DNA of 63,068 nucleotides, counting the filler. It is 4 parts of 4 records of this genome, joined end to end, with 100 filler letters (N's around TTAATTAATTAA, not from the genome) between each part and the next. Parts side by side here need not be neighbours in the genome. Positions count along the whole stretch, not along the records: positions 38,251 to 63,068 come from SRR31147125_3979; 3 more parts are not named here. One strand, 5' to 3'. The translations under genes and the position numbers were made by a program. Of this stretch, positions 39,969 to 51,392 are shown piece after piece; position 1 is the first letter of the stretch, and the number at the start of each line of letters is the position of its first letter. The notes under the pieces are model-generated. The model ran no database searches. It was not told the origin of the DNA and worked only from the letters and a program-made list of their open reading frames with translations.

Positions 39969-42281
39969 ATGCACGTGATAAATCTATGCACACGCTTTTT
40001 CAACCAACACCCTGGTTCCATTATATCATTTTTCAAACATATTCAGATTAGACAAGTGATGATAAACATTGGTTTGATGATAGTTTTCTCTTATAGCAGT
40101 CATACCAATAATCTTTTTGCAAAAGACACAAAATTAAACCTCCATTATTCCGTGGATCCTGTAACAAGACTCGTTCATATCTCTTATCAGGTACCAAAAT
40201 CTGCACCCGACAGTATCACAATCGATGTGAAAGCCACTGAAAACGGGAAAAATCAATGGGTGCCTGCCCGGGTACAAAAACTCAGATCAGCGACAGCTAT
40301 GGGCCTATGTCCTGGTAAAGACTGGGACCAGGAATTGCTTCAAGGCAAAATAACAGAACGAAATGCAGCAGGACTGCAACGGACTTTTATCTGGTCTCCC
40401 TATCCCCAATTTGAAAAAGACGGCCACGTAAATGCCATCTTGCGGGTTACTCTTTCGTTAAACAAAATAAAAATCACAGAAAAAATAACCGTTAAACAAG
40501 ACAATTCAGATGTTGTCTATATCGAAAACTGGGACAATGTGCTGCAGAAAAATTTTGTTACACATGCTCCTGAAAAAGGCCAGGCAAAGTGGTGGTTTCA
40601 TTCCGAAACGGATAGTTTGAAGCGCTGTGTTAATAATCGGTGTCTGGATTCCGTTGAAAAAGGAGTGGCTCTACCGCAATTAACATATCCGCTCAACCTG
40701 AAAGGAAAGTATGCCATTTTTATCCACAATCCCCTTCCTCTTAGTGAAATCGAACTGAGATTGAGTGGAGATGAGCGCTCACAACAATTTGGTGGCGGAG
40801 GGTATGGTCGTGAACAATTTTTCAAATGCGCCAAAATGGATTACCAAAATATCATTGTGGGGCAATCCCACAGGGCTCTTTCCTTATTTGAAGACAATTT
40901 TCGGGCACGGTTGGATTATATAAAACTCGTTCCATTGGATGAAGAATTGGTACATCAATCGGAAAATCAATTCCCGGGTGAACGCGACAAGCTCGTCATT
41001 GGCTATAACGAGCCCTATTCCTGGGCATTTTATAATAATGTGCAAAAGTGTTCACAGCATCGGGAACCCCTCCTTGCCTTTCAGGAAGCAGAATTGGATA
41101 TTGTGGATATCCAGATTGGTCGTTTGGGCGCCAGACCCTTTTTTGAAAGCCGAATTGAAGAACCTCTCTTTTGGAGTACAAAGGGAGATCCGGTTCGTGG
41201 TAAAATCCCTGAAACCGATAATGTGGGTCGCATGCAGCAATATACCAATTCATTACAATGTCAATTGCGCTATGCTCGTGAAATGGGAATAACACCTTTC
41301 GCAAACCTGGGCGCTGCCAATTCTTATCGTGGCACACCATTGCAAGGAGACTTTTCCAAACGTCACCCTGATTGGCATAACGGCAACCAATTGCGCTACA
41401 ATATCCCGGAAGTCCGGGAGCATATGTTGAACTTTTATAAAGAAGCACTGGAAATAGACGCGGAAGGTATTTCTATCGATTTCTGCCGTTATCCCGGTGG
41501 GATTGATCAACCTGAAACAGCGAATCAGTTTTTAGAAAACTCCGTTCTCTTGCTGATGATTATTCGAAAAAAGATCAAAAAAATTCCCATTCTGGTTCGG
41601 TTTCCTGCCATCGGTGTAAAACATGCTGATAAATTTGATTATGAGACCTGGTGCAAAGAAGGCCTGGTGGATTATCTCTGTCCTTCCAATATCAGTGGTC
41701 GACCATTGAATTTTTCTATATCTAATTATATAAAAGCTGTTAAAGGCACAAATACAATCCTGTGTCCTGTCGTCGATGCCCTGCATTGGGGCTTAAGTAA
41801 ACCAGGTGAATTTCTTTGGCGTGTACGAAAATTATACCGTCAAGGTATTCAAGGGATATATATTTATCAATGCGATGCGCCTGTTGTTTATGGCAATTAT
41901 ATGACCCGTGAAATGGTTCGATTGTGTGGCAGTACAACGGCTTTGGAAAACTATTTCAATAAAAACGCCGCGGAAACGCCTGGTCGCAGCAAAGATATTT
42001 ATATCAGCGGATCTTTTCAGGGAGGGCTCTATCAACCAAACGAACGCATTCATATCTGGACCGATGGTATAGAACCTGCCGAATTGCATGTTTATGTTGA
42101 TGGCACATTAACAAATAAATTCAACTCTCCCCCCTATTGGGTTGGGGATGAGACAGAAAACTATGATCTGGATTTCGCATTGTCCGGTAAACATACAATC
42201 AAAATTCGAGCCCGTGATGGCCGGAACTGGCTGGAAAAATCTTTCAAAGTTGAGGGCCGAAAGAGTAAACTGGAAAAATAA
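39969..42281 (+). CDS. Secreted putative glycoside hydrolase (GHL10-like TIM barrel flanked by beta-sandwich domains); true start probably downstream
   Basis: FSKRHPDW, LRYNIPEVREHML, GISIDFCRYP, DYETWCKEGLVDYLCP resemble GHL10/DUF187-type barrels. Confidence 0.6.
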   Translation: MHVINLCTRFFNQHPGSIISFFKHIQIRQVMINIGLMIVFSYSSHTNNLFAKDTKLNLHYSVDPVTRLVHISYQVPKSAPDSITIDVKATENGKNQWVPARVQKLRSATAMGLCPGKDWDQELLQGKITERNAAGLQRTFIWSPYPQFEKDGHVNAILRVTLSLNKIKITEKITVKQDNSDVVYIENWDNVLQKNFVTHAPEKGQAKWWFHSETDSLKRCVNNRCLDSVEKGVALPQLTYPLNLKGKYAIFIHNPLPLSEIELRLSGDERSQQFGGGGYGREQFFKCAKMDYQNIIVGQSHRALSLFEDNFRARLDYIKLVPLDEELVHQSENQFPGERDKLVIGYNEPYSWAFYNNVQKCSQHREPLLAFQEAELDIVDIQIGRLGARPFFESRIEEPLFWSTKGDPVRGKIPETDNVGRMQQYTNSLQCQLRYAREMGITPFANLGAANSYRGTPLQGDFSKRHPDWHNGNQLRYNIPEVREHMLNFYKEALEIDAEGISIDFCRYPGGIDQPETANQFLENSVLLLMIIRKKIKKIPILVRFPAIGVKHADKFDYETWCKEGLVDYLCPSNISGRPLNFSISNYIKAVKGTNTILCPVVDALHWGLSKPGEFLWRVRKLYRQGIQGIYIYQCDAPVVYGNYMTREMVRLCGSTTALENYFNKNAAETPGRSKDIYISGSFQGGLYQPNERIHIWTDGIEPAELHVYVDGTLTNKFNSPPYWVGDETENYDLDFALSGKHTIKIRARDGRNWLEKSFKVEGRKSKLEK

Positions 42282-42358
42282 TCATTTAAACTTGAATAAT
42301 ATCGTTAAAATTAGTATCGTTATCAAAGAACTAACTTACATAAGTGGGGAGAAATTTC

Positions 42359-43620
42359 ATGAAAAAGAAAAACACAAATCAAAACATCCCTGTTTTTATA
42401 CAAACCGCCTTTCCCGAGCAACCGGAACTGGATCAATGGAAGCAGATAACAGAGGACGAGGCCAGGGTTGTCTATGAGATGACCTTAAAAACGAACTATC
42501 CGGTGGTACGCCCGTTGTTCGCGAATTCGAAGCAACCTGGCGCAAATGGGCCAATCTGGATTATTCCATTACAACCCTGAACGGCAGCTCCGCCCTTTAC
42601 AGCGCCTATTTTGGTGTTGGTGTTGGACCCGGAGATGAGGTTATCTGCCCGACTTTTACCTGGATCTGTACCATTTCTCCAGCCATTTTCCTAGGAGCCA
42701 GACCTGTATTTGTCGAAAGTGATCCAAAAACATTACAGATAGATCCTGAGGATATTCGCCGCAAAATTACTGACAAAACCCGGGCCATCGTTGTTGTCCA
42801 CTTGTGGGGCAATGTATGCGACATGGATCCGATTATGGCCATCAGCAAAGAAACAGGCATTCCTGTGGTTGAAGATTGTTCCCACGCCCATGGTGCCACA
42901 TATAACGGAAAAATTGTCGGTAGCATCGGCCAGGTTGGCGCCTGGAGCCTGCAGGGAAGTAAACCTGTAAGCGCCGGCGAAGGTGGTATTGTAGCCACCA
43001 ATGACCTTGAAATCTTTGAACGGGCCTGCCTGGCTGGCCAGGTCAATCGTATAGGTGGTATTGATCTTATATCTAAAAGATATTCTGATTTGCAGCCTTT
43101 GGGACTGGGCATGAAATTCCGTGCTCATCCTTTGGGTATTGGTATCGCAAAGGTTCAGTTTGCAAAATTAGATCAACTCAATGAGCGCCGTAAAAACTAT
43201 GTGGAAGCAGTGGAATCCCAATTGCAGAATTTACCGGGCCTGGAACCGGTACAAGTATATGATAATGCGCAGCGAGGTGGATATTATGCTTTTCCCATGT
43301 TGCATGATCCGCAAAAACATAATGGTCTGTCCACACCCGAATTTATAAACATGATCCGTAATGAAGGCTTGAATGCGTCATCCAGCCCTTATGGTTTATT
43401 ACATGAATTAAAACTATTTACCGAAGGATTTGATGTTTTTACAGATAATCGTGGTCCACTTGGTGATGATTATAAGGGATATAAACAAGGTGATTTCCCC
43501 ATAACCGAGGAATTTTACAAACACCTTATTTTCCTGCCCATCCTTTCTGATCCGGTACCAGGTGCCAGCGACAAGATTGTCGAGATGTTGAAACGAGCTG
43601 TAGAACGTGCCATACAATAA
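42359..43620 (+). CDS. DegT/DnrJ/EryC1/StrS PLP-dependent sugar aminotransferase (frameshift at A-run 42487-42491)
   Basis: After adding one A: NELSGGTPVVREFE, NGSSAL, GPGDEVICPTFTW, VHLWG, EDCSHAHGA, SLQGSKPVSAGEGG (PLP lysine). Confidence 0.9.
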
Positions 43621-43761
43621 CTGTAACTTTTTATTTGTTATGGTAATCACGTATTAAAACTTATCAAAACGACATCAAATGAAAACGAACTGGATATAGT
43701 CAAAAAAACATAAACAGAATTTCAAAAAAATTTATATTTAGAGCAGGTAAGGAATTCACTC

Positions 43762-45186
43762 ATGAAAATCTTGCAGAAACGAGTCCTTTTGTCACCGACA
43801 AGGTCCATACTTTTTATAGCACTGTTGATATCTCTGATCTTTACAGGTATTCATTGCTCCGTAATAGATTCTCTTTTGGGCAAAAAAGGCTTAAAAGTGG
43901 GTATTGCTACCAGGATTGTGAATCCAACCGAACCAGCCATTCCGATCGGACACAGCGGTCGAACAGCTTTTGACTCCCTGCATGTTGATCTGCGCGTACA
44001 GGCATTAGTTATAGAGGACCAAACAAAGAATCGTATTGTCTGGCTGGGATGGGATTTTTGCAACGCGGATAGAATCGCCGTTGATAAGGTTAAAGATCAA
44101 ATTTTAAAAAGTTACAATATCCCTGCAGAAAATGTGTGTATAAATGCCAGTCATACTCATTCAGCGCCGCCGCTTCTGAAAAAGTCCGCCATGCTACCAG
44201 AATTTTTTGATTTAAAATATGCTGAATTCGTTCTGGATCAGGGGGTCAATGTCGTGGGAGATGCCATAGAGAATCTCCAAAAAGCAAAACTCTCCTATTA
44301 TAGCGATAGCAGTGACGTCGCTTTTAATCGACGCAAAATCATCGATGGTACAATGCAAATGAAACCAAATCCATCTGGTGTAACAGACCGATCTGTTCAG
44401 GTTATAACAGCGACGTCAAAGGATACAAAAGAAGAATTCGCTCTGCTAATCAAATATGCCTGTCATCCGGTTACTGTAGGACCACGAGGTTTAGGCGCTG
44501 ACTATCCCGGTTATTTACGTCAGTTTGTAGAAAAAAATCATCCAAATACCTCAGCCATGTTTTTACAGGGTACAGGTGCGAATACACGGATTCGCGTAAT
44601 CAACAGCGATACAACTGGATGGGTTAATGGTACCCCGGAAAGAGCTGAGGAATTTGGCTTGAGTATTTCAGAGGCTGTTGAGAGAGCAGTGCAAAAGCAA
44701 GGTGAGCCAATTGTTGGTCCAATCACAGCCAATTATGCAGAAATCCAGCTGCCTATACAAAATTATCCGGAATCAACATATCTTAATGCAGCGGCAAACA
44801 AAAAAGATGTACGCGTCGCACGATGGGGTAAAAAATATTCTGAAATGCTGTCGCGCGGAGATAAAATTCCAACTACCTGGCCCTATCGTATCCAAACATT
44901 CCGATTGGGACAGAAAAACAATAATCCTTTTACCCTTGTTGCATTACAGGGTGAAGTTTTTTGTGAATATGGTTTAAATTTGAAAAAAATGCTCAGTCCG
45001 TCCACTGTTATGCCAATCGGTTACTCGAATGACATGTCTTTTTATGTCAGCACAGCTCAGGCGATACAGGAAGGCGGTTACGAACCCAATCAATGCTCCT
45101 TTTGGATGACGCCCTCTCCACTGACCACAGACTGCGAGCAGCTCATACTCGATAAAGCGGTACAATTAGCGCAGCAAACAAAATAA
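43762..45186 (+). CDS. Neutral/alkaline ceramidase-like amidohydrolase, exported
   Basis: INASHTHSAP, FNRR, YACHPV, ADYPG, LQGEVF, GYSND, EGGYE; N-terminal hydrophobic signal with Cys. Confidence 0.8.
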   Translation: MKILQKRVLLSPTRSILFIALLISLIFTGIHCSVIDSLLGKKGLKVGIATRIVNPTEPAIPIGHSGRTAFDSLHVDLRVQALVIEDQTKNRIVWLGWDFCNADRIAVDKVKDQILKSYNIPAENVCINASHTHSAPPLLKKSAMLPEFFDLKYAEFVLDQGVNVVGDAIENLQKAKLSYYSDSSDVAFNRRKIIDGTMQMKPNPSGVTDRSVQVITATSKDTKEEFALLIKYACHPVTVGPRGLGADYPGYLRQFVEKNHPNTSAMFLQGTGANTRIRVINSDTTGWVNGTPERAEEFGLSISEAVERAVQKQGEPIVGPITANYAEIQLPIQNYPESTYLNAAANKKDVRVARWGKKYSEMLSRGDKIPTTWPYRIQTFRLGQKNNNPFTLVALQGEVFCEYGLNLKKMLSPSTVMPIGYSNDMSFYVSTAQAIQEGGYEPNQCSFWMTPSPLTTDCEQLILDKAVQLAQQTK

Positions 45187-45240
45187 AAAAACGCCTGAAT
45201 CTTCTCTATAATGAATTTTTTACTCATGAAAGACATTTCC

Positions 45241-45277
45241 GGGGTATGCTCTAAAAATATGGAGCATACCCTCTTTT
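45241..45277 (+). terminator. Intrinsic terminator
   Basis: GGGTATGCTC-loop-GAGCATACCC-TCTTTT. Confidence 0.75.
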
Positions 45278-45449
45278 ATTAATCATCTAAACTGTACGTG
45301 AAAACCGAACTCTGAATTGCGATAAAAAATAGTTCCGGATACAATATCAGACCAAAAATATCAACACATAATGTGCTGGTGCCAAATACAACACGTTGAA
45401 CCTGAAATCATACACAAGCATAGTTACTATATAAACAAGGAGTTTGCCA

Positions 45450-47534
45450 ATGGACCGCCGTGATTTTATTAAATCAATGATTGCTTCTTCAAGCGCTTTA
45501 TCACTAGGTAGCCTGGCAATGCAATGCCAGTCCCCTGAAAAACAATATAACATCTTTCCCAAAGGCAACATGCCTCGTAAGCTGTGGGTATGTGATCTCA
45601 AAGGCATGGACTGGTATAAAAAAAATGCCCTAACCAGCTTTCAGGGGCTCATTAACCGGCAAGATACCAGAATGTATTGTTTGCACAGACCCAAAACAGA
45701 CAGACATTGGCTCGAATATTACAAAGAGGCCTTTGATATAGACTTTGAGGATGTTGAATCAGCAGATGATATCCTGACAAAATTTAAAGATGAAATAGAT
45801 GGATATATTCTCTATGATCCAAAAATGCCACACGAGTTAAATGTGGCATCTACTTTGGGAGCCTTGAAGAATGCCACACCTGTGAGCAAGGATCTTGAAA
45901 AAGATTTTAAAAACCTGGGATTTCAAAAAACAGAGGATATCTCCGGGCGCTGGGAAACCCTGCATGAAGCCTATGATTGGGCTTTAAAAGATCTGCAGCC
46001 TCAGTGCAATCAAAAAATCATGGCGCAAATTTGTGTTCATTATCCGCAATGGCCTACCAGTACGTTCACCAACCGCGACTATGTTATGGCTCACTCTATA
46101 TTCTCATTTGATATCTCTACCTCTGAACGGGATAAACGGGATTACCAGCTATCCCAAAAAATCCACAAGGCCTATCCTCAGGATATACCCATAATTGGCT
46201 GGCACTGTGTTCGCGATACAGAACACGATAATGTTGCTCTCTCAGCTGATAACGGTCACTATTGGCTTTGCTCGCTCAACAGCTCAAATTTATCCGTTCA
46301 TTCCAGCATTTCCATCAAAAAAAATAAAAGGTTTAAACAACGATCTATCAAAAAACAGGACCTGGAAGTAAAAAATAAAGTTTTTATTGCTTTTATGGAT
46401 ACGGATGGCGATTCTGCCTGGTTCATGCAAAACCATATTAATTACGATTGGAAAGATCCAGCCCATGGTTCGTTCAAGATGAATTGGGGATTTTTACCTT
46501 CCGGCTACGATCTGATGCCCGGCATGGTTCAATATTACATGGAAAACAAATTACCTAATGATTATTTTATGTCAGCTACATCCGGTGCTGCCTATACGTA
46601 TCCTGCTCGCCTTCCACACTGTGACGACTATCTGAAAATGACGCAGTATTATATGGAAAAATGTGGTTTACAGGTCGCAAATCTTGGCAACTGGGATGAT
46701 CGTGACTGGTGGCAGGAAATGGATCTGCCGGATTTTCCGGATAAATGTCGCTCCTTAATACCCAATTGTGTTGGATTTGTTCGTGGAATGGGCGAATCCG
46801 CTTTTGAGAAACATTATATAGAGGGAGGACAACCCTACCTCTTTTTTGGTGAAGGCCACCACTCCGGTGATGGTGAAGAAGAGATATATCAGACGCTGAA
46901 AAACTTTATCGATGCCTGCCCAAACAGGCCTCTTTTTATTGCCGATATCGTAAATATTGGCATCAGGATGAGTAAAATTAAGGCAGCCCTGGATCGATTC
47001 CCTCAGAATCTTATCGAGGTCGTCCATTTTGATGAATTAATGCTTTTGGTTGAAAAAGCATTTGAACAGGGAAAAATTACCGAGGAACTTTATCCTGATA
47101 AAAGTGGCCTGCAAAAGCTCATTGCTGATGAAGCCAATAAAAATTGGCCAAAATTCAACAAAACAATTCAGGATTTCAAACAACAATATAAAAAAGGTGA
47201 ATCAGCCTATATAATAAACATGCAAAATACCCCAATTGGCCTGGAAGCCATTGTCCCGGGAGATTTTCTCGCCTTTCAGACTATATGGCATGCCATGAAA
47301 TGTGTCAAACTTTCTTTGGAAGCAAGAGGCATCTATGTAAATCATAAACCAACAGCCAGCACGGATTTTATCAGGGAATTTAAACACGTGCCTGATGTCG
47401 AAATTATTACTGACTTGCAGCAGATATGGGATAACTGGCACAACAAATCACTGACATTTAATGAATCGAAACAGCTTGCGAATCGATTCATTAAACTTGT
47501 GGAAAAGCTGAACGAAACAATAAATCAAAGCTAA
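45450..47534 (+). CDS. GxGYxYP-family putative glycoside hydrolase with Tat signal
   Basis: MDRRDFIK twin-arginine motif; LTSFQGLINR, DGYILYD, SNLSVH, TDGDS, SGAAYTYP. Confidence 0.78.
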   Translation: MDRRDFIKSMIASSSALSLGSLAMQCQSPEKQYNIFPKGNMPRKLWVCDLKGMDWYKKNALTSFQGLINRQDTRMYCLHRPKTDRHWLEYYKEAFDIDFEDVESADDILTKFKDEIDGYILYDPKMPHELNVASTLGALKNATPVSKDLEKDFKNLGFQKTEDISGRWETLHEAYDWALKDLQPQCNQKIMAQICVHYPQWPTSTFTNRDYVMAHSIFSFDISTSERDKRDYQLSQKIHKAYPQDIPIIGWHCVRDTEHDNVALSADNGHYWLCSLNSSNLSVHSSISIKKNKRFKQRSIKKQDLEVKNKVFIAFMDTDGDSAWFMQNHINYDWKDPAHGSFKMNWGFLPSGYDLMPGMVQYYMENKLPNDYFMSATSGAAYTYPARLPHCDDYLKMTQYYMEKCGLQVANLGNWDDRDWWQEMDLPDFPDKCRSLIPNCVGFVRGMGESAFEKHYIEGGQPYLFFGEGHHSGDGEEEIYQTLKNFIDACPNRPLFIADIVNIGIRMSKIKAALDRFPQNLIEVVHFDELMLLVEKAFEQGKITEELYPDKSGLQKLIADEANKNWPKFNKTIQDFKQQYKKGESAYIINMQNTPIGLEAIVPGDFLAFQTIWHAMKCVKLSLEARGIYVNHKPTASTDFIREFKHVPDVEIITDLQQIWDNWHNKSLTFNESKQLANRFIKLVEKLNETINQS

Positions 47535-47591
47535 TTGAGATATATTCCTGATTAAAATCGGATTCATTAAAAAAATACCGATATAATTAAA

Positions 47592-47632
47592 TCTACAAGC
47601 ACCATTTTATTCATAATAATGGTGCTTGTAGA
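47592..47632. terminator. 15-bp perfect inverted repeat (terminator or processing hairpin)
   Basis: TCTACAAGCACCATT...AATGGTGCTTGTAGA; no clear U-tract. Confidence 0.6.
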
Positions 47633-47864
47633 CTGGAATAAATATCCTGCCAGCAGAAAACGACTTCCAAAAACCACTCTTTTTTCTTGAAATTATTATA
47701 TTTAGGTTGTATATTATATGTTTAAAATACATCAATATCGTATTTTTTCAGAAAACCTGATACTTTTTCCTCATTTTTTTCGGACTCGGTTTTCCCTCAA
47801 CATTCATGTTAATTACAAGTTACCACGATATGTAAATCCATATAAACGGATAATTGGAGACCTC

Positions 47865-50800
47865 ATGAAGAATTTAAAATTAAATCTTTTTTTCTTTTCA
47901 CAATATTTTTGCTCATTTTAATAAACATGAACAGTCAAGCCGGACAACAAAATGGTACCGAATCAGTTAACCCGGAGATAAAAGTGGAATTTTTAAAATG
48001 TGAATACCTGGAAAATCCATTGGGTATTGATATCCTCAGGCCACGCCTTAGCTGGATTCTGTATTCCAAACAAAGAGGATTTTATCAATCTGCCTATCAG
48101 GTTCTTGTATCCGCCAATGAGAAAAAATTAAAAGCCAACAATGGAGATCTCTGGGATTCGGGCAAAATTGAATCGGATCAATCGATACAAATCGTTTACA
48201 ATGGTCAGGATCTCCAATCCATGATGAAGTATTACTGGAAGGTTCGTGTCTGGGATAAAAATGGTAAAGTATCCGACTGGAGCCCAACGGCAACCTGGGA
48301 AATGGGACTTTTATCTCAAAACGACTGGAAAGCCAAATGGATAGGATCCCCCGATCAGCAGGATAATGACACCCCTAAAACCGGACCTGCCCCCTATTTT
48401 CGCAAACAATTCAATCTGCGTAAACCTGTAAAATCAGCACGGGCCTATATCTCTGGTCTGGGATATTATGAACTTTACCTCAACGGTAATAAAATCGGCG
48501 ACCATGTCCTCTCCCCCAACCAGACAAATTATGACAAAAGAAATATCAGAAAAATGCTTTACCCCTACGATGATAAATCCTCCACCCGCGTTTTTTACGA
48601 AACATACGATATTACATCCGCCTTTAAACAGGGTGATAATGTCGCCGGAGTCATTCTGGGCAATGGCTGGTATAACCAACGGGATCGTATTGTCGAAGGC
48701 ATCATGTGGTATGACACTCCCCGAGTGATTTTACAAATAAAAGTTGAATATACTGACGGCAAACAAGAGACAATCGTCACAGATAATTCCTGGAAGGTAA
48801 CAACAGGCCCACTCCTCCATGATGGAATTTTTACAGGTGAAATTTATGACGCCCGTATGGAAAAAGAGGGCTGGAATAAGGTGAATTACGATGATTCTGA
48901 CTGGAACACGGCCATAAACGTCCGGGCTCCTGAAGGTCAATTAATGGCACAACTGTCACCTCCTGATAGAATTATCCGGACAATCACACCTCGTCAGGTA
49001 AAAAGCCAGGACAAAAATGTCCTTAAATACGATATGGGAGAAATGATCTCCGGCTGGGCCCGCATAATGGTTCAGGGTGAAAGGGGCACAGAAATTCGTC
49101 TCCGATTCAGAGAAGATTCCGGCATCGATTATAGCCAATGGGATACATACATTTTAAAGGGAGATGGCATTGAAAGTTATGAACCTCGTTTTACCTGGCA
49201 CGCTTTCAGATATATTGAAGTTTATGGTCTTACAGATAATGTGACTTTAAAAAAACTCGAGGGCAGGGTTGTCAACTCTGACCTGAAAACAACAGGTGTT
49301 TTCGAATGTTCGAATGATCTTTTTAATAAAATAACGGAAAATTATCGACGTACGCATCTGGGCAATATCCATGGTAATGTATCCAGTGATTGTCCACATC
49401 GGGAGCGACTCGGCTATACCGGTGACGGTCAGATTCTTGTCGAATCTGCCATATTTAATTTCGATATGTCCCAGTTTTATACAAAATGGTCTAACGATAT
49501 GAAAGATGCGCAAAACAGTCAATCGGGTTTTGTGCCTCATTCCGCTCCATTTGGTGGTGGTGGTGGTGGTCCTGCCTGGGGTTCTTCCTATGTAATTGTA
49601 CCCTGGTTCATGTACCTCTACTATGGTGATGAAAGAATTCTGGAAGAACATTATTCGGGCATGAAAAAATGGGTGGAATACCTGGGCACACGCACGAACA
49701 AAGACGGCATCGTTGTCCGGGAAGAGCCCGGTGGCTGGTGTCTGGGTGATTGGGCTTCACCGGATAACCTGGAACTTCCCTCTTCTTTTGTTAATACGTG
49801 CTATTACGCTTATGTTTCAGATATCCTGGCCTCTACAGCTCAGATTTTAGGAAAACCGACAGATGCTCAACTTTTTACAGACCAGGTAAGTAGCATCAAA
49901 GATATTATTAATAACCATTTTTTGAACAAAACTGAAGGTTTTTACTCTACAGGTCGTCAGGGAGCTGACGTTTTTCCCCTTGCTTTTGATTTCGTCCCGC
50001 CCGAGTTTACGAATTCTGTGCTCTCCCATCTGATAAACAATATCGTCAACAACAAGGGACATCTTGATACAGGTATTCTGGCCACACCGTTAATGCTGGA
50101 CGTTCTTACAAAATATGGTAATCCTGATGCAGCTTATACGATCATGAATCAACGGGATTTCCCCAGCTACGGATATTCGATTGCAAAAGGAGCAACAACA
50201 TTGTGGGAATACTGGGATGGTAAGCTCTCCAGAAGCCATCCCATGTATGGTAGTGTTATAAGATGGTTTTATCAGGCGCTGGCAGGTATCTATCCGGATC
50301 CAAAGCAGGTCGGATTTAAAAACATCATTTTTAATCCGAATCCGTGTTTAGGCGAATTAACCTTTGCCAATGCAGAATATAACTCGATACATGGAAAAAT
50401 CAAAAGTTTTTGGCAGCGTACTGACGATCAGGTAAAACTCGAGCTGAAAATCCCGGCAAACACCACAGCCACAGTTTATATGTTAGCATCCGATCCTGAA
50501 AATGTAACGGAAAACGGGAAACCCGCCAACAAATCCAAATCTGTGAATTTCCTCCGCATGAATGGCAATAAAGCCGTTTACCAGGTTGGATCCGGAACGT
50601 ATTCATTTGTCTCGAAAAAAATAAAAGATCTTTTGGTTATGCCATATGTCTCAACGCCTCAGATAACTCCGGAAGATTCTCTTTTTATTAAACCAGACGC
50701 AGCATGGATCAAAATAGAATCTGCGACCAATGGCAGTGACATCCGTTACACCCTGGATCAAAGCCAGCCAACAGAAAATTCACTACTTTACAAAAAGCCT

Positions 50801-51328
50801 TTTAAAGTAACGGACAATACAATTGTCACAGCCAAAGCATTCAAGAAGGATTATAAACCCAGCTTTAGCAAATCCACACCCATTGACTTTGTCGATTCGA
50901 ACCAAAACGGAATGAAATACACTGTGTATGAGGGCGAATGGGAAAAGCGACCGGATTTAACAAATCTAAAAGCCGTTAAAACTGGTAAAATATATCAAAT
51001 CAAAGTGAATGAATTAAAATCCCGTGAAGACCATTTCGCCATTATATTCGAAGGCTTTATCGATATTCCCGCTAATGGTGAATATACTTTTCACTCTGTA
51101 GCTAATGATGGCAGCCTATTGTATATAAACGATTCTGTAATTGTCGACAATGCAGGCTATTATGGTAGAAAGAAACAAAACGGTAAAGTCGTGCTGAATG
51201 CTGGAAAACACGCACTAAAGGTCCTTTATTATGAAAATACAGGTAGTGAAACAATAGATATCTTTATTGAAGGACCAGGACTTGAAAAACAACCTATTCC
51301 AGCATTTATGCTGTTTCAGCAAAAGTAA
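47865..51328 (+). CDS. GH78 alpha-L-rhamnosidase-family protein with C-terminal Fn3-associated and PA14 domains (frameshift in signal-peptide T-run ~47886-47892)
   Basis: CEYLENPLGID..PRLSW, GLGYYE, SDCPHRERLGYTGD, GATTLWEYW, IRYTLD..PT, FEGFIDIP..NDGS; RBS GGAGA before ATG 47865. Confidence 0.9.
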
Positions 51329-51392
51329 TACGAATCTCTTCATATATATCAAATACATTCAATTATTATCAACAATCGAGTAAGGAGCGGTC

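Noticed and set aside
49552-49570. GGT trinucleotide run as a contingency repeat
   Set aside because: It encodes the in-frame Gly stretch PFGGGGGGPAWG of the GH78 protein.
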